From positions 27,528,001 to 27,592,000 of the forward strand of contig JANJGN010000017.1 in the NCBI GenBank assembly GCA_026770705.1: 64,000 nt of DNA. The letters are read 5' to 3'. This document shows, piece by piece, positions 1 through 12,421 of the stretch (the stretch's first letter is position 1; each line of letters begins with the position of its first letter). A program made the position numbers and the translations under genes. Source of the DNA: Isurus oxyrinchus (Eukaryota). The notes beneath the pieces are model-generated. The model worked only from the letters and a program-made list of their open reading frames with translations. It was not told where the DNA came from and ran no database searches.

Positions 1-122
1 GGGGGTGGAGCTGGGGGTGGGTTGGAGCTGGAGGCGGAGCTGGAGCTGAGGGCGGAGCTGGAGCTGGGGGAGGAGCGGGGGGTGGGCTGGAGCTGAGGGT
101 GGGCTGGAGCTGGGGGTGGGCT
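1..122. repeat. G-rich 6/12-bp minisatellite (GGGGGTGGAGCT-like)
   Basis: Visible tandem GGAGCT/GGGGGT units. Confidence 0.85.
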
Positions 123-1226
123 GCCTCCTCTTCTTAGTCTTGGCCTGCTTGCTAGTACCTGAGTGGTGAAGAGAAAGATTTAACTGATGCTTATCCAAAC
201 TCCCTTATCTAAACAGTATCACACTCTTTTGGTGCATCTGACAACTGCAGACTGGAGGCATCCTCACTGGCCTCCTCTGAGAGTCCTGTCTTGCTATTGC
301 CATAGGCACGGTCCCAGTCCTCCCTGGCTAGCTCTGCAAACTTCTCCTTGAAAGGGGTGAGGAATGAATATCCGGCAGTCCTCACTGACCTAAGACTGCT
401 CCCTTTTGCTGTGCACGTTTCTTTCCTGCAGACAGAAGGAAGGATTTAATGTCATCCCAATGGGTGCATGAGCAGTTTAGGAGCATGCATGCCTTTGCCA
501 GCTCCTGAGCCCTTTCCAGTAGCTGGTTAACAAGTACAATGTCCTGCAATGGATAGAACATTGATAGTGTGAGGTGGGTGTCACACATTCAGAGCACATG
601 CCCCATCTGCTGCTAAGTGCTTCAACCCAAAATCCTGTCTGACATCCCTCTGCACTCACACATTTACATTGCCTGATGTCCTTATAAATGTTGCCTTGCA
701 GTGAGTAGATGGTGCCACTTACCCTGGCAGAGCAGAACACTGGGGCCAAGTTCCATTGTGGGCCCCATGGGCGCTAACCTCTGCTGTGACCTCTGCCCAG
801 GCCGCCTTAGTGAGACAGGAGAGTATCCTGCTGCCATCCCCTGGGGAACAGGACATCCCCCTTTCCTGAATGGTCTGCAGGAGAACCTGCTGGGAGACAT
901 CGCTGAACTATGGGTGCACACATTGTCTGCTCTGCGATATCACTGTTTCCAGCAGGATGAGATAATGAGAGTAAAATTGATATCACTGGCTTGCAGTCAG
1001 TGAATTGTTGTCCAGTGCCCTTTAAATATGGCACCTGAACCTCGATGCCCTGGTGTAAGGGTTGGGATGGTGACTTCCTGCCCCCCTACAACTGTAATAT
1101 TCAACAAGCTCCTCACACATGCATATATAATGAGCTGACCAGTGTGAAAGCCAGCCCCCGAGAGGAAATCACTCTAATTTCCACTCCCATCTCCCAACTT
1201 ATACTCCAGCATGGAAGATTCTGCCC
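1..1226 (-). mobile_element. Degraded PIF/Harbinger element end carrying a two-exon Myb/SANT-like ORF relic
   Basis: TIR-like gaagattctgccc at ~1214-1226. Minus-strand fragments (DVLFPRG...) resemble the Myb ORF at 49.4-50.1 kb. Splice donor (rc gtaagt) near 722 and acceptor (rc ctgcag) near 426. Confidence 0.6.
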
Positions 1227-1358
1227 GGTGGTCAGAATAATATCACCGTTGAAGATTTTCTGAGATTGGGACCAAGTGTTGGTCCTGACCCTGCTGGTAA
1301 TGCCGGGCCACCCACCTATGTGAGCTTACTGGAGGCAGTTAATTAAGAGTCTAAATAG

Positions 1359-1741
1359 TGGGGGACAGTGGCATGGTGGTCATGTCACTGGACTAGTAAT
1401 CCAGAGGCTCAGGCTAATGCTCTAGGGACACGGGTTGAAGTCCTGCCATGACAGCTGGTGGCATTTAAGTCCAATTAATTAGAAAATCCAGAATTGAAAG
1501 CTAGTCTCTGTAATGACCATGAAACCATTGTGGATTGTTATAAAAACCCATCTGGTTCATCTGACTCTTAGGGAAGAAAATCTGCTGTCCTTACCTGGTC
1601 TGACCTACGCGTGATTCCAGACTCTCAGCAACGTGACTGACTCTTAACTGATCGAGCAACTGGGCCTCAGTTCAAGGGCAATTAGGTATGGGTAAAAAAT
1701 GCTGGCTTGCCAGCGATACCCACGTCCCCTGAAAAAATAAA
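1359..1741 (+). mobile_element. tRNA-derived SINE with LINE-derived 3' tail
   Basis: A-box-like tggcatggtgg and B-box-like gggttgaagtcc. Its 3' end caagggcaattaggtatggg...gctggcttgccagcgatacccacgtccc is shared with the LINE at 22073-22912. Confidence 0.8.
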
Positions 1742-1992
1742 TTGTCAAAGGCCTCCTCTGGGAGCACCATCCATTTAAAGACAACGGGCGGACAGGCACC
1801 TGGCTGGACCAATGGAAGGACTGCAGAGGTGACCTGCTGGGAGAGGGGGATACCCTTCAAAGGATAGCCTGCAGTAGTGACCTGTGGTGGAAGCAGCTCC
1901 GGGAGGTGGGCGAGTGTGGGAGTGGATTGAATAATGGAGTCCACACTGGCCCCCTTCTCTGCAGCTGGGAGTTGGGAGGCCACCTGTATGGA

Positions 1993-2260
1993 CTTGGGGG
2001 TTATCATTGACCAGAAACTGAACTGGACCAGCCATATAAATGCTGTGGCTACAAGAGCAGGTCAGAGGCTGGGAATCCAGCGGTGAGTGACTCACCTCCT
2101 GACCCACCAAATCCTGACCACTATCTACATGTCACAAGTCAGAAATGTGATAGAATAATCTCCAGCTCCCTGGGTGAGTGCAGCTCCAACAACACTCAAG
2201 AAACTCAACGCCATCCATGTCAAAGTAGCCCACTTGATTGGCACCCCATTCACCACCAGG
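1993..2260 (+). mobile_element. CR1/L2-group (Zenon-like) LINE RT fragment
   Basis: ggggttatcattgaccagaaactgaactggaccagcc (GVIIDQKLNWTSHIN); same family as 22073-22912. Confidence 0.8.
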
Positions 2261-3832
2261 ACCAGGGAGAAAAAACACGGGCCCTGGTGATTCACCTTCT
2301 TCCGGGCCCCTTATTACCCCACCTTAACCCTTCCACTCAGTCACCGCATGATACTTTTTCCCTTTCAAGATTCATCAATCAATTCACCAAACAATCACAG
2401 AAAGGTCCTGGTAAAATGATAACGGATATTGGCGGCACCTGGCTACAAATATTATCCGGTATATAGGCAGCATGGGATGGGTCATTAATATTAGGAGCAG
2501 CAATGATATAATGCAGTGTTAGTTTGTGTGTGCTCTATAGGTGATCTTACCATGACTATTAAACAAACCAGAGAGTACAAATTTTACTTTAACAACATTG
2601 TTCAATATTGTTAATTTGACAGGAAAATTTCCCATTAATTATTTATAGCAAAGTGCAGACAATAACACTGACTTCGGTGATTACCTCAGTCCTCATTAAC
2701 ATGTTCTGCACATCGTACCATATGGACACAGTGACAGTAAATTAATATTTGGGGGAAAGATTCAATACTTGCAACCCAGATAAATGACACAAGATCTTTT
2801 CCAATCTGTAGGAGAAGTGGAAGGCTTTGTCCTGCCTTGGTTTATGATATTATTCAATACAATTATATCATACAAGGGAAATTTCCTATTTTATTACTCT
2901 TGCGAAGTCTGGAAATGACATCACCCCCCCCCACCACCCCGCTATTTGTCTCTAGGAGATTGCTTAAAGAAAAGTTTTACAAATCTCTGCTGCATCCTAG
3001 GTTCACCCAACACTGCACCATCCTATTTAAAATGTAGCAGATGGTAGTCACACTGTGGGACCAATTCCTCTGGGCGTTAGGATTCTCCCGATCATCCATT
3101 GTAACTTTGGCAAAAAAATCCATTGAAGTTCCAGAGAAGCATCATAAAGGACTTTGACTATAAAGGCCCTTTATCAAAACCTAATCCTTTGACTTAAGTG
3201 CTTCTAGAAATGATTTCTCTCAGGATATTGCTATCACACATTTTTTTCTGCTGTTGGAGTTTTTTATTTATTAATTGCATTTCCCGCCTTTTGTTTCTCT
3301 CACATCTCAATTAATAATTGGAATGTTTTTGAAATGCTATTTGCATGTTTATTCAGTACAAGTGTAACGCAGTATCATTTGGAACCTATGGGGATAGGCA
3401 GTCCATTCACAGTATACAACACAATTTGTATGATGGCTTCTGGAGGAAGGGGACACAATTTAGCTCTTGAGTTAAGGCTGTACTGAATTTTTATGCCATA
3501 TCATTCTTCTCTGAAAAGTTCAGAGCAATAATTCAATCTACATTTTTCCTGAGCTGCTGGTACATGTCTGATTGACAAATCCTGGGGATAGTGTCATTAA
3601 TGTAAAAAAGGCAGATACCAGTTATAGTAGATTGTGGGTTGGCACCAGAGAAGTCAGAATGATAAGGTTGTATTAGCTACAACGTTGAATTATTTTGTAT
3701 ATGTGATTTATTGTAACCACTTCCCTAACATCTGTTGATTGCTCTGTGATTAATCATCCTTAGAGAATCAGCACTGAGCCTCTGATTCCATCACTGCTAC
3801 AGTCACTCTGCCTACTGTATGCAGATGCCATT

Positions 3833-3932
3833 AAAAAAGACAAAACCTACATTCATACAGCACTTTTCATGATGTCCTAAATCGCTTTACAGCCAATTAA
3901 GTACTTATGAGTTGTCAGCACTGGTATAATGT
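3833..3932 (-). mobile_element. SacSINE1/DeuSINE 3' fragment
   Basis: rc contains gtacttaattggctgtaaagcgatttaggacatc, the SacSINE1-type tail. Confidence 0.6.
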
Positions 3933-3939
3933 CAGCAAT

Positions 3940-4012
3940 GTTACCAAATGGCAGAGCAGACTCAAGGGGCTGAATGCCCAAACCTGCTCCTAACATGTAT
4001 GTTCCTATGTGC
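3940..4012 (+). mobile_element. CR1 3' tail fragment
   Basis: gcagactcaaggggctgaatg...cctgctcct...tatgttcctatgt. Confidence 0.65.
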
Positions 4013-4889
4013 GTATGTCATTTGGATGGATGGGATGAGCTGGGCTAGATGGCCTTTGTTGTCCATAATTATCCCTTGGCTGGAGTTCTGTTTATGTTGT
4101 GGCTAATGGAAGTTTACTGTGAGCAGGCTTTGTGAGGTGAAATTGCCAGGACAGGAGTGCGTAATGGGCTTACAGTGAATCAGTAACCTGTTTTACACTG
4201 TTATACACTGCACACAATTCTCAAGAGTCTTTTCTATTGACTTTAATCTTGTCAGTTTGAAATACTATTTGCACATTTATTTAGTGCAAATGCAATGCGA
4301 TGTCATTTAGAACCTGTGGGGATAGGTTGTAAATTCACAGTGTACAGCACAATTTGTGAGACAGCTTCTGAGGGAAGGGGGAATGTTAGTGGAAATTTAG
4401 ATTGTATTTATATGCTGGTTTAAATTCAAAAGAGAATCTTGAGAAGTGAAACAGTATTTTGTGGTGCTAAACCTTAAAAGTGATCCCCACCCTCCCCTCT
4501 TCAACATACAATTGGCTCTAAAATTAATTCAGGGATTTAACTTATCATTTTTTGACCAGATTTTCAACCAAGAACATTCTCATGACAGTTGCTGCAAATA
4601 GGAATAGCTGCTGCTGACCTTTGGACAGCTTTGTGGTTTTTCTGGCGGGCTTTTAAAAAAAAAATCACAAAGCTGCCCAAAGGTTGAAAGCAGCAGTGAA
4701 TTGTCAGCGAAGGTGACCTGAAAGACCGGTGTAAAAAGGGTTTCAAACTGTCAGCTCTGATTTTTGAAAATCTTGTCTTTCAGATCTGCAGCTCTAGCTG
4801 CTCAGTCTGGATGACAAGAACTCCATTTACCATACTGAGTCCAGGCTCCTCCTAGCCATGAGTTTGGCACCGTGTGCACCCCTGGACCC

Positions 4890-5292
4890 TGTCCACTACC
4901 TTAAACATTCACTCTCTCCACCACCAATGCACAGCGGCAGTAGTGTGAACCATTTACAAGATGCACTGCAGCAACTCACCAAGTCTCCTTCAACAATGCC
5001 TTCCAAACCCATGACCTCTACCACCTAGGAGGACAAGGGCAGAAAAATGGGAACAAGACCACTTGCAAGTTCCTCTCCAAGTCACACACCATCCTGACTT
5101 AGAAATATATCGCCATTCCTTCACTGTCCCTGGGTCAAAGTCCTGGAACACCCTCCCTAACAACGCTGTGGGTATTCCACCACCATATGGCCTGTAGCGG
5201 TTCAAGAAGTTGTGTCAGCCGTGCTTTCTCAAGAGTGATTAGTGACAACCTTGCCAGCAGTGCCCACATGCTGTGAAAGAATGTAAAAAAAT
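4890..5292 (+). mobile_element. CR1/L2-group LINE 3' fragment
   Basis: Homologous to 22510-22912, ending in an A-rich tail. Confidence 0.85.
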
Positions 5293-5346
5293 ATTACTGC
5301 ATTTAAACATACATTGCCTGAATAGATAGGGATAAAGAAAATCATT

Positions 5347-6023
5347 GGGCAGGATTGTTGGGTTGTCGGGTGTGTGCAGTGGGGAGGCCCGGGAGCAGCC
5401 TGGGAAATGTCCTGCTGCCCACGATCGGCCCCAAACCATGACTTCAAGCTGGCTGGCCAGTTAGTAGCCACCTAGCGTGAAACGCATGCTGAGGAGCTCA
5501 GCGCTGCCGGGGTGGAGGCGAGAGGAAGGTGAGCGTTGAAGTCAGTGTGGGCGCGGGGAGAGTGTGCAATGAAAGTTCCCTGAAGGCAGAGAGCTGCCTC
5601 AGGGAGCTGAAGAATATTGAACCTTTAAATAAAGATTTTAAAACCCTGGGAAAAATTTCCACCCATAAGAATCACTCATCCAAACATGTTGATGATAAAA
5701 ATTCTGCCCAATCATTTTTAGCTTTTAAAAATTATCATTGGAAACTTCATCCCGCCCTTGGTTGAGGTTTCCTCAAAAACCCAAAGGCCACCTGGCCAAT
5801 TTGCCCTCCCGCCAATCGTAATGTTGGACGGGCAGCGCAAAATAGTGGTTGATTCATTGATTAACGGCGTTAGTAGGCCTCTTAATTGTTGGCACGCGTG
5901 TTGCTGACTCTTGCACAGGTCTGCCGACTGAAGTATCAGGACTCTAGCCCAGTGCCATCGCACACTATTTTACTCCCAATCGGGACATTTGCGCGCCCGC
6001 CCGCGGGACGTAAAATTCTGCCC
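5347..6023. mobile_element. PIF/Harbinger non-autonomous element (MITE)
   Basis: TIRs gggcaggatt.../...aaaattctgccc; flanks att/act (imperfect 3-bp TSD); homologous to 62284-63071. Confidence 0.8.
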
Positions 6024-6914
6024 ACTGTATATAACAGGCCTCGCACGTGACACAAATTACTGTGAGACTGTGATACTGGTTAAATTATGGAGCAAATTAG
6101 AGTTTGATACAGGAACATTATATTTGACTGCACATGCATGGTTGAAATCCAAATACAAAAATCAATATATCCATAATATCAGATTCATACTGTAATTTGC
6201 TTTGCATTTCAAATTTAAAGAGAAATGCTCAAGTGTCATATAACACAGTCTAGAAATGGATAACTTGAAGAGTTAAAACTTTACTGTGCCTGATGGCTGG
6301 ATGATCCAAGAGGGCTGTTGATAACTCTCAACAGCTTCTTGCATTATTTGCTGTTCTTTAAATCAACCCAAGGTGTTTCCAAGGCCTGATTGACCTTTTT
6401 ACTGAAATCCCTCCTCTCTGATTTGGTAATTGGGCATTTTATCAATATTGCTACTTTTCCTCATTTCCCAATTTCTCCATCCTTTCTAAAGATCCTATAT
6501 CCTGGAATATTTAGTTGTCAATTATGCCCAACTTGTAGCCAGCTCCCTGTAGAAGTTACGACATCATATCCTTTAAATGAAATTTGTGCTTCAAACCCAT
6601 TTATTTTATTTCTTATGCTCCTTGTGTTCTCCCAGTAAGTAATGCTTTCTAAGACAGTGGTTAGAACAGTGTGTAAAGAATCCTGCTTTCTATCTTGTGA
6701 TTAGTGATAAAAGGTGTTCGGAATCAGATGTTTCTGGAAGCCCGTAATGTCACTGACCTCACTTTGTCAATAACTGGTCTCTCTCCAACCTTTAGCTCAT
6801 CCTTCAATCACCAGAATTATTCCTTTAAATCCTTGTGTGAGAATAAAATATAGAAGTAAGAAAGCCTCACTGATTGACAGTATATCGTGCCAATTCAGGT
6901 GTACACTGTGCCAT

Positions 6915-7875
6915 TTTATTTTTATTCATTCATGGGATGTGGGCTTTGCTGGCTGCACCAGCATTTATTGCCCATCCCTAGTTGCCCCTGAGAAGGTGGT
7001 GGTGAGCTGCCTTCTTGAACCACTGCAGTCCATGTGGTGTAGGTACACCCACAGTGCTGCTAGGAAGGGAATTTCAGGATTTTGACCCAGCGACAGTGAA
7101 GGACAGCGACATATTTCCAAGTCAGGATGGTTTGTGACTTGGAGGAGAACTTCCAGTTGGTGGTATTCCCATCTATGTGCTGCCTTTGTCCTTCCAGATG
7201 ATAGTGGTCGTGGGTTTGTAAGATGCTGTCCAAGGAGCCTTGGTGAATTCTTGCAGTGCATTTTGTAGGTGGTACACACTACTGACATTGTGTATTGGTG
7301 GTGGAGGGAGTGAATGTTTATGGATGTGGTGCCAGTCAAGTGAGCTACTTTGTCCTGGACGGTGTCAAGCTTGAGTGTGTGGGAGCTGCATTCATCCAGG
7401 AAAGTGGGGAGTATTCCATCACACTCCTGATATGTGCCTTGTAGATGGTGGACAGGCTTTGGGTAGTTAGGAGGTAAGTTAATCATCGCACGATTCCTAG
7501 CCTCTGACCTGCTCTTGTAGCCATAGAATTTATATGGCTAGTCCAGTTCAGTTTCTGGTCAATGGTAACCCCCAGGACATTGATAGTGGGGGATTCAGTG
7601 ATGGTAATGCCATTGAACATCAGGGGGCAATTGTTGGTTCTCTCTTGTTGGAGATGGTCATTGCCTGGCACTTGTGTGGTGCAAATGTTACTTGTCACTT
7701 GTCAGTCCAAACCTGGATATTGTCCAGGTCTTGCTGCATTTAGGCACAGACTGTTTCAGTATCTGAGGAGTCGTGAATGGTGCTGAATATTGTGCAGTCA
7801 TCAGCGAATATCCCCACTTCTGATCTTATGATGGAAGGAAAGTCATTAATGAAGCAGCTGAAGATGGTTTGGTGC
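6915..7875 (-). mobile_element. CR1/L2-group (Zenon-like) LINE, 5'-truncated
   Basis: Minus-strand RT C-terminal peptides (NGITITESPTINVLGVTIDQKLNWTSHIN; LDTVQDKVAHL; VCTTYKMHC), frameshifted. Confidence 0.9.
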
Positions 7876-7930
7876 ATAAACAGTTCCCATTAATTTAAAT
7901 GATTGGGAAGCCATGCCAAACACACACACG

Positions 7931-8604
7931 GGGCTGAATTTTCCCCCTGTCAGGGGGGAAATTGATGGGCGGGTGCGCTTCTGATTGGCGCCCTGATTGG
8001 AGGTGTGGCGCCATTTTATTGGCCCGCCATCGTGACGTCCGCATGGAAGTGCTATGCGCTCCCTGTGTGGGCGTGGGGTGGGTTAATGCCTGAAATTGAG
8101 AGTGCGCTCTTTCCCGCATGCGCACGAAAGAGCGCACTCATCTCTCTGAGGCTAAGTGCAGCCTCAGGGAGATCGGCTCTACTTTCAAATATATTAAAAA
8201 TAGAAAAAAAAATTCCCTTACATGTCCCCTCATGTGACAATGTCACATGAGTTGGGACATGTTCCTAATTTCCAAAAAAACTTTATTTAATTTTTTGAAA
8301 CGCTACATGAAACCTCATCCCACCTGTGGATGAGGTTTCATGTTTTTTCTACTTCCCGCTGGGGCTCCCGGCCTGCCTGCCAACCTTAAGGTTGGATGGG
8401 CAGGTCCACTAATTACTTTAATTGATCTGTCAATGGCCTCAATTGCCCATTGACAGGTCAGCGGGCGCACAGCCGATTTTGCTGCTCCCCGACCTACCTG
8501 AAAATTTAAATGGGGCGGGGTGATGTCGGGAGTTCCCACTGACATCACCACGCATCATTTAACGCATCGGCGAGCGGGCCCCGCCCCTGCTCAAAATCCA
8601 GCCC
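7931..8604. mobile_element. PIF/Harbinger MITE
   Basis: TIRs gggctgaatttt / aaaatccagccc; flanks acg/aca; homologous to 53348-53936 and 56439-57099. Confidence 0.85.
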
Positions 8605-9954
8605 ACAAAGTTGAGTCATCTCTGGTATCTGGATTTGTTTACCTTCTGTTTCTAATGTACATGAAGCTCCCTAGCACCATCATCTGAAAACATGGCAGTT
8701 TTCATGGCAGACTCATTACCCTCAGCCCCATCTCACTTGCACCTCTCTCAATCCCTCCAGCGTCTTTGATTTGTCTTGCTGCTCATTTGACATGCAGTCT
8801 TGGATAAGGAAAAATTTCCTCCAATGAAGTATTTTGAAGATCAAAACCATTGTCTTCAGTCCTGCCACAAACTCCATTCTGCAGCCACTAACCCATCATT
8901 TCCCTGGTTCTGTTGGAGCCATTAGCAAACTTGGTACTATAACATTATTGTCATTTATGGCTCTGAATTGAGCTACTGACCACATATCAACTTCATTACT
9001 AAGGATCTTATGGCCTAGAAGATTTATGCCATATCCTACCAACTATAACATTAACCTCAGATGCTGCTCAAATCACAACACTCCCTTATTACATACGCAT
9101 GACTTCTATCAATCATTGTTCCTCACAGAGACTGAAACAGGAAAACAGCTACCTAAACATCCAGGGTGGATATGGTCTCCTGCTGAGAGTGCTTCTTCCC
9201 TCTCCTTCTCATTCCTCTTCCAGCACAATTTCCTTCTTTGTGTGTCCCCTGTTCAATCTATATTCTAAGGGAATGCCTGCTGCTGTATCCATGTCTGTGG
9301 GGCAACAGCTTTGTGCAGAAGCTTTGAAGTCTGCAAAAGCCCCTTCAATACCTGCCACACCCTTCCCTGTTGACTTTTTCAACTTTAATCAGACAAAGCA
9401 GCCAACACTTGTGGAGTCAAAGCAACAACCAGAGGAAATGAACCAGCAGGTAACCTGTAAGTAACTGATGCTTCATTTAAATAGCGCCTATTAGTGGGGG
9501 GTCCTTTCTGCTGTTGAATGCATGTTCAGATGTGCGATGTTAAGAGAGGGTGCTAGCAGGAGCACTGAGCTCCAAAATGGCCATACTGACATCAAAAATC
9601 AGCATTGCATTTTATTTAATGTCATGATCTGCCTACTCTGTGTATTTCCAATGAGTGTGAATGCTAACACCATCACCAATGTGGCATCAATTTGCCTGAC
9701 AAGTGTGTGTGCACACCACAGACATCATTTTGCAGGACTAAGGGAACTTGTAGCACCCAAGATATGAGTGCTAATGAGGCCAATTCCTCACCACAAAAGC
9801 TGTTTTGGGGAAACTGATAGATCACAATAGGAATCAATGTCAGCTCACTTCAAGATGCTGTTACTGGTTTTGGTATACTGCATATAATCTCTTTGATTTC
9901 ATATTTTGCATAGCAGCGTTACTACTGTTCTAAGTATTGTTTTTTACTCTGCAG

Positions 9955-10125
9955 GATGCATTAGAACTTTTGGCAGAAAACTTTGAGTTCAATGAAAATG
10001 ATGGTGCCTTTGTGGCATTTTCAAGAGCAACAGCCTTGTTAAAATCCCTTCCTTACAAAATAAGTAGAATGGAAAACCTGGAGGGACTACCCTGTTTCGA
10101 AGACCAGACAAGAACCATAATTGAG
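9955..10125 (+). CDS. DNTT: TdT coding exon (equivalent to exon 4; 8-kDa domain)
   Basis: tttttactctgcag|GATGCA...ATTGAG|gtacaa. 171 bp, phase 0-0. Translates DALELLAENFEFNENDGAFVAFSRATALLKSLPYKISRMENLEGLPCFEDQTRTIIE, matching TdT (ENCEF.EN, KSLP) better than Pol mu. Confidence 0.96.
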
Positions 10126-10955
10126 GTACAAGAAAGATATTACAAATTGATGGCAGTCCTTTCTTAAAGTCAAAGGCATAAATGGAGATGATTGGATTTT
10201 TAACTAACCCTATATTTCCCTTATTAATTAATGTGCATTTCTCCCTCCAAACCTAGGCAGGGAAAAATGCTAAGCATAAAGAGCAATGCTGAAATTTCCT
10301 TGGGGCTTCAATGCTGTCATTTTGTTGGAGGTTCGTTGGAAAAAGAAGGGTAAATAGGATTTCCACTGAAGTTGCAATGGTGGAACATGAAGACAGGGGT
10401 AGGCCTTTCAGCCCCTCCATCCTGTCCCACCATTTTTAATTAGATAATGGCTGACCTCTGTCTAAACTCCATCTACCTGCCTTGCTTTTGTAATCCTTAG
10501 TACCCAGCATGGTTCCTTTGGAATCCATGTGAAGCATCACATGCACACAGTTTTCTACCCCTTTCTCTGACTCCTTAATCCCTCAAGTATAATGCTCACC
10601 AATTTTTATCCTCCTTTCCTGAAGATCCACCACAGCATTGCTGGAGGGGTATAGAAGGAGGCAGATGAAGATGATCATGATGAGAGTAAGGAGAAAGTTC
10701 TGGGGAGTAACTTATCATTCATTGCCTCTGACCCTGTCAATGATGAGGAACAGGAGATTAAGAGCAAGGATACGTTCACCAGCAGTTGAGTGATCCTGCC
10801 CCACCTTTCTTAATCCTCTCTCCAAGACACTAGCTCTGGCAATTTTTCAAATAGGACAAATTATTAAAATGTGGGCAAATATTGAAAAGTTTATAATTAC
10901 CAACAAGATTTTATAGTTTGCTTTACATTGAAATCTATTTCCTATTTTCCCACAG

Positions 10956-11027
10956 GAAATTCTGGAAGATGGGGTTTGCTCTAAGGTTGAGAGTTTGTTA
11001 TGTGATGAGAGGTACAAAGCAAGAAAG
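10956..11027 (+). CDS. DNTT: TdT coding exon (equivalent to exon 5)
   Basis: ttttcccacag|GAAATT...AGAAAG|gtaagt. 72 bp. EILEDGVCSKVESLLCDERYKARK. Confidence 0.96.
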
Positions 11028-11154
11028 GTAAGTAAATACAGTAGATGATAGTATGATCAGGTCCAAAGAGTTTAAGGTTAGTGTAGAGACCTTGTGGGAA
11101 ATTTTCAATGTTGACAATTTGTTCATTGCCAGCCTATTGTTGACTTCAATGGAA

Positions 11155-12362
11155 GTGAATAATGGTCAGAATGTGTACCAGTCAGGGTATGTAATGGTTG
11201 GAGTGTGCAACAGACAGGGTGGGCAATGGTCAGGATGTGCAATGGGTGGTATGTTTAATGGTCAAAGTGTGAAATGGTGAGAGAGAGCTGGATTTTAAGG
11301 GCAGCTTAAAAGTTGGGGTGCAGGGGAGCCCTCAATACAGCTGGTTGTCCTGCAGCTATTTAATGCTGGGAGCAGTGTTAATTGTGTTAAGGTGAGACTT
11401 CTGCCTCTATCTCAGGAGGAAGTCTCTCCTTAGCAGCTGTTGGCAAATTAGATGGCTGGCAGCTCTGTAATCCCAGCAGTGCCACGCTCGATTGTCACTG
11501 TTGGGACTACAGGAAGTCCCAGAGGGAAGTGTGCTGCAGCGGATCCAGAGTTCAAGGTAAGTCCAAGGTATTGCCGGGGCAGGCTGGCAGGTCCTGGGAG
11601 GGGGGCTAAGTTGGGGGGGTGCGGGGGGGGGGGGGGGGGGGTGGGGGCGGGGGGGGTGCGGGGTTGTGTCCCAGGTTTTAGAACCTGGATGAAGGGTTAA
11701 AGCGGGCGGGTATGACCTTGGGGCAGGGCAGGTGCCTCCAATGGGCACATCCCAAAAGGAACTGTCCCACCCTTGCCTGACACCAGCCCACACAGTTAAA
11801 GATACTGGATAACCCACTTAACATGGGCTTTCCTTTGCCATGGGTAAAACAGTGGCTGTGGTGGGCTGAGGCCTTTAAGTGGCCATTAATTGGCCACCTA
11901 AGAGCCTCAACAGACCCAATGGCAGCGGGCCACCAAATACCTGTCCTGCCCCTGTAAAATCTGAGACAGGTCGGGGCTGGGCAGGTAGGCGGTGGGCAGG
12001 CCACATGCTGTATTTTATGAGCCCCCACCCCCAACCTTCAAACCTGCCAGCAGAGGAATGTAAGATCCAGCCCATCATGTATAATGAACAGATCTTATGG
12101 TCAAAGTGTGTAACTGTCAGGGGGTGTGACGGTCAGAGTTTGTAATGGCCAGTCTGTGTAATGGTCAGTGTAGAATAGTCAGAGCGTGTAATGAGCTGGG
12201 TGTGTAATGGTCAGTGTATATAATGGGTGATGTGTAATGGGTAGGCATGTAACAGTAAGGGTGTGTAATAATCAGGGTCTGTAATAGGTAGAGTGTGTAA
12301 TAGGCAGGATGTGTAACAGGTGGGTGTGTAATGGGTAGGGTGCATAATGGCAGGGTGTCATA
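11155..12362. repeat. Degenerate ~18-19 bp minisatellite (gtgtgtaatggtcaga-like), split by a Harbinger MITE
   Basis: Repeat units at 11155-11280 and again at 12075-12362. Confidence 0.75.
11285..12073. mobile_element. PIF/Harbinger MITE
   Basis: TIRs gagctggatttt / aagatccagccc; GC-rich interior. Confidence 0.75.
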
Positions 12363-12421
12363 CAGATGGACAATCGACTGCCATTTGCTTTCTGGCCCTT
12401 CAAAGTGGAAAATTATCCCCT

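Noticed and set aside
1359-1460. tRNA gene (also at 21358)
   Set aside because: A/B boxes are present but there is no cloverleaf; these are SINE heads.
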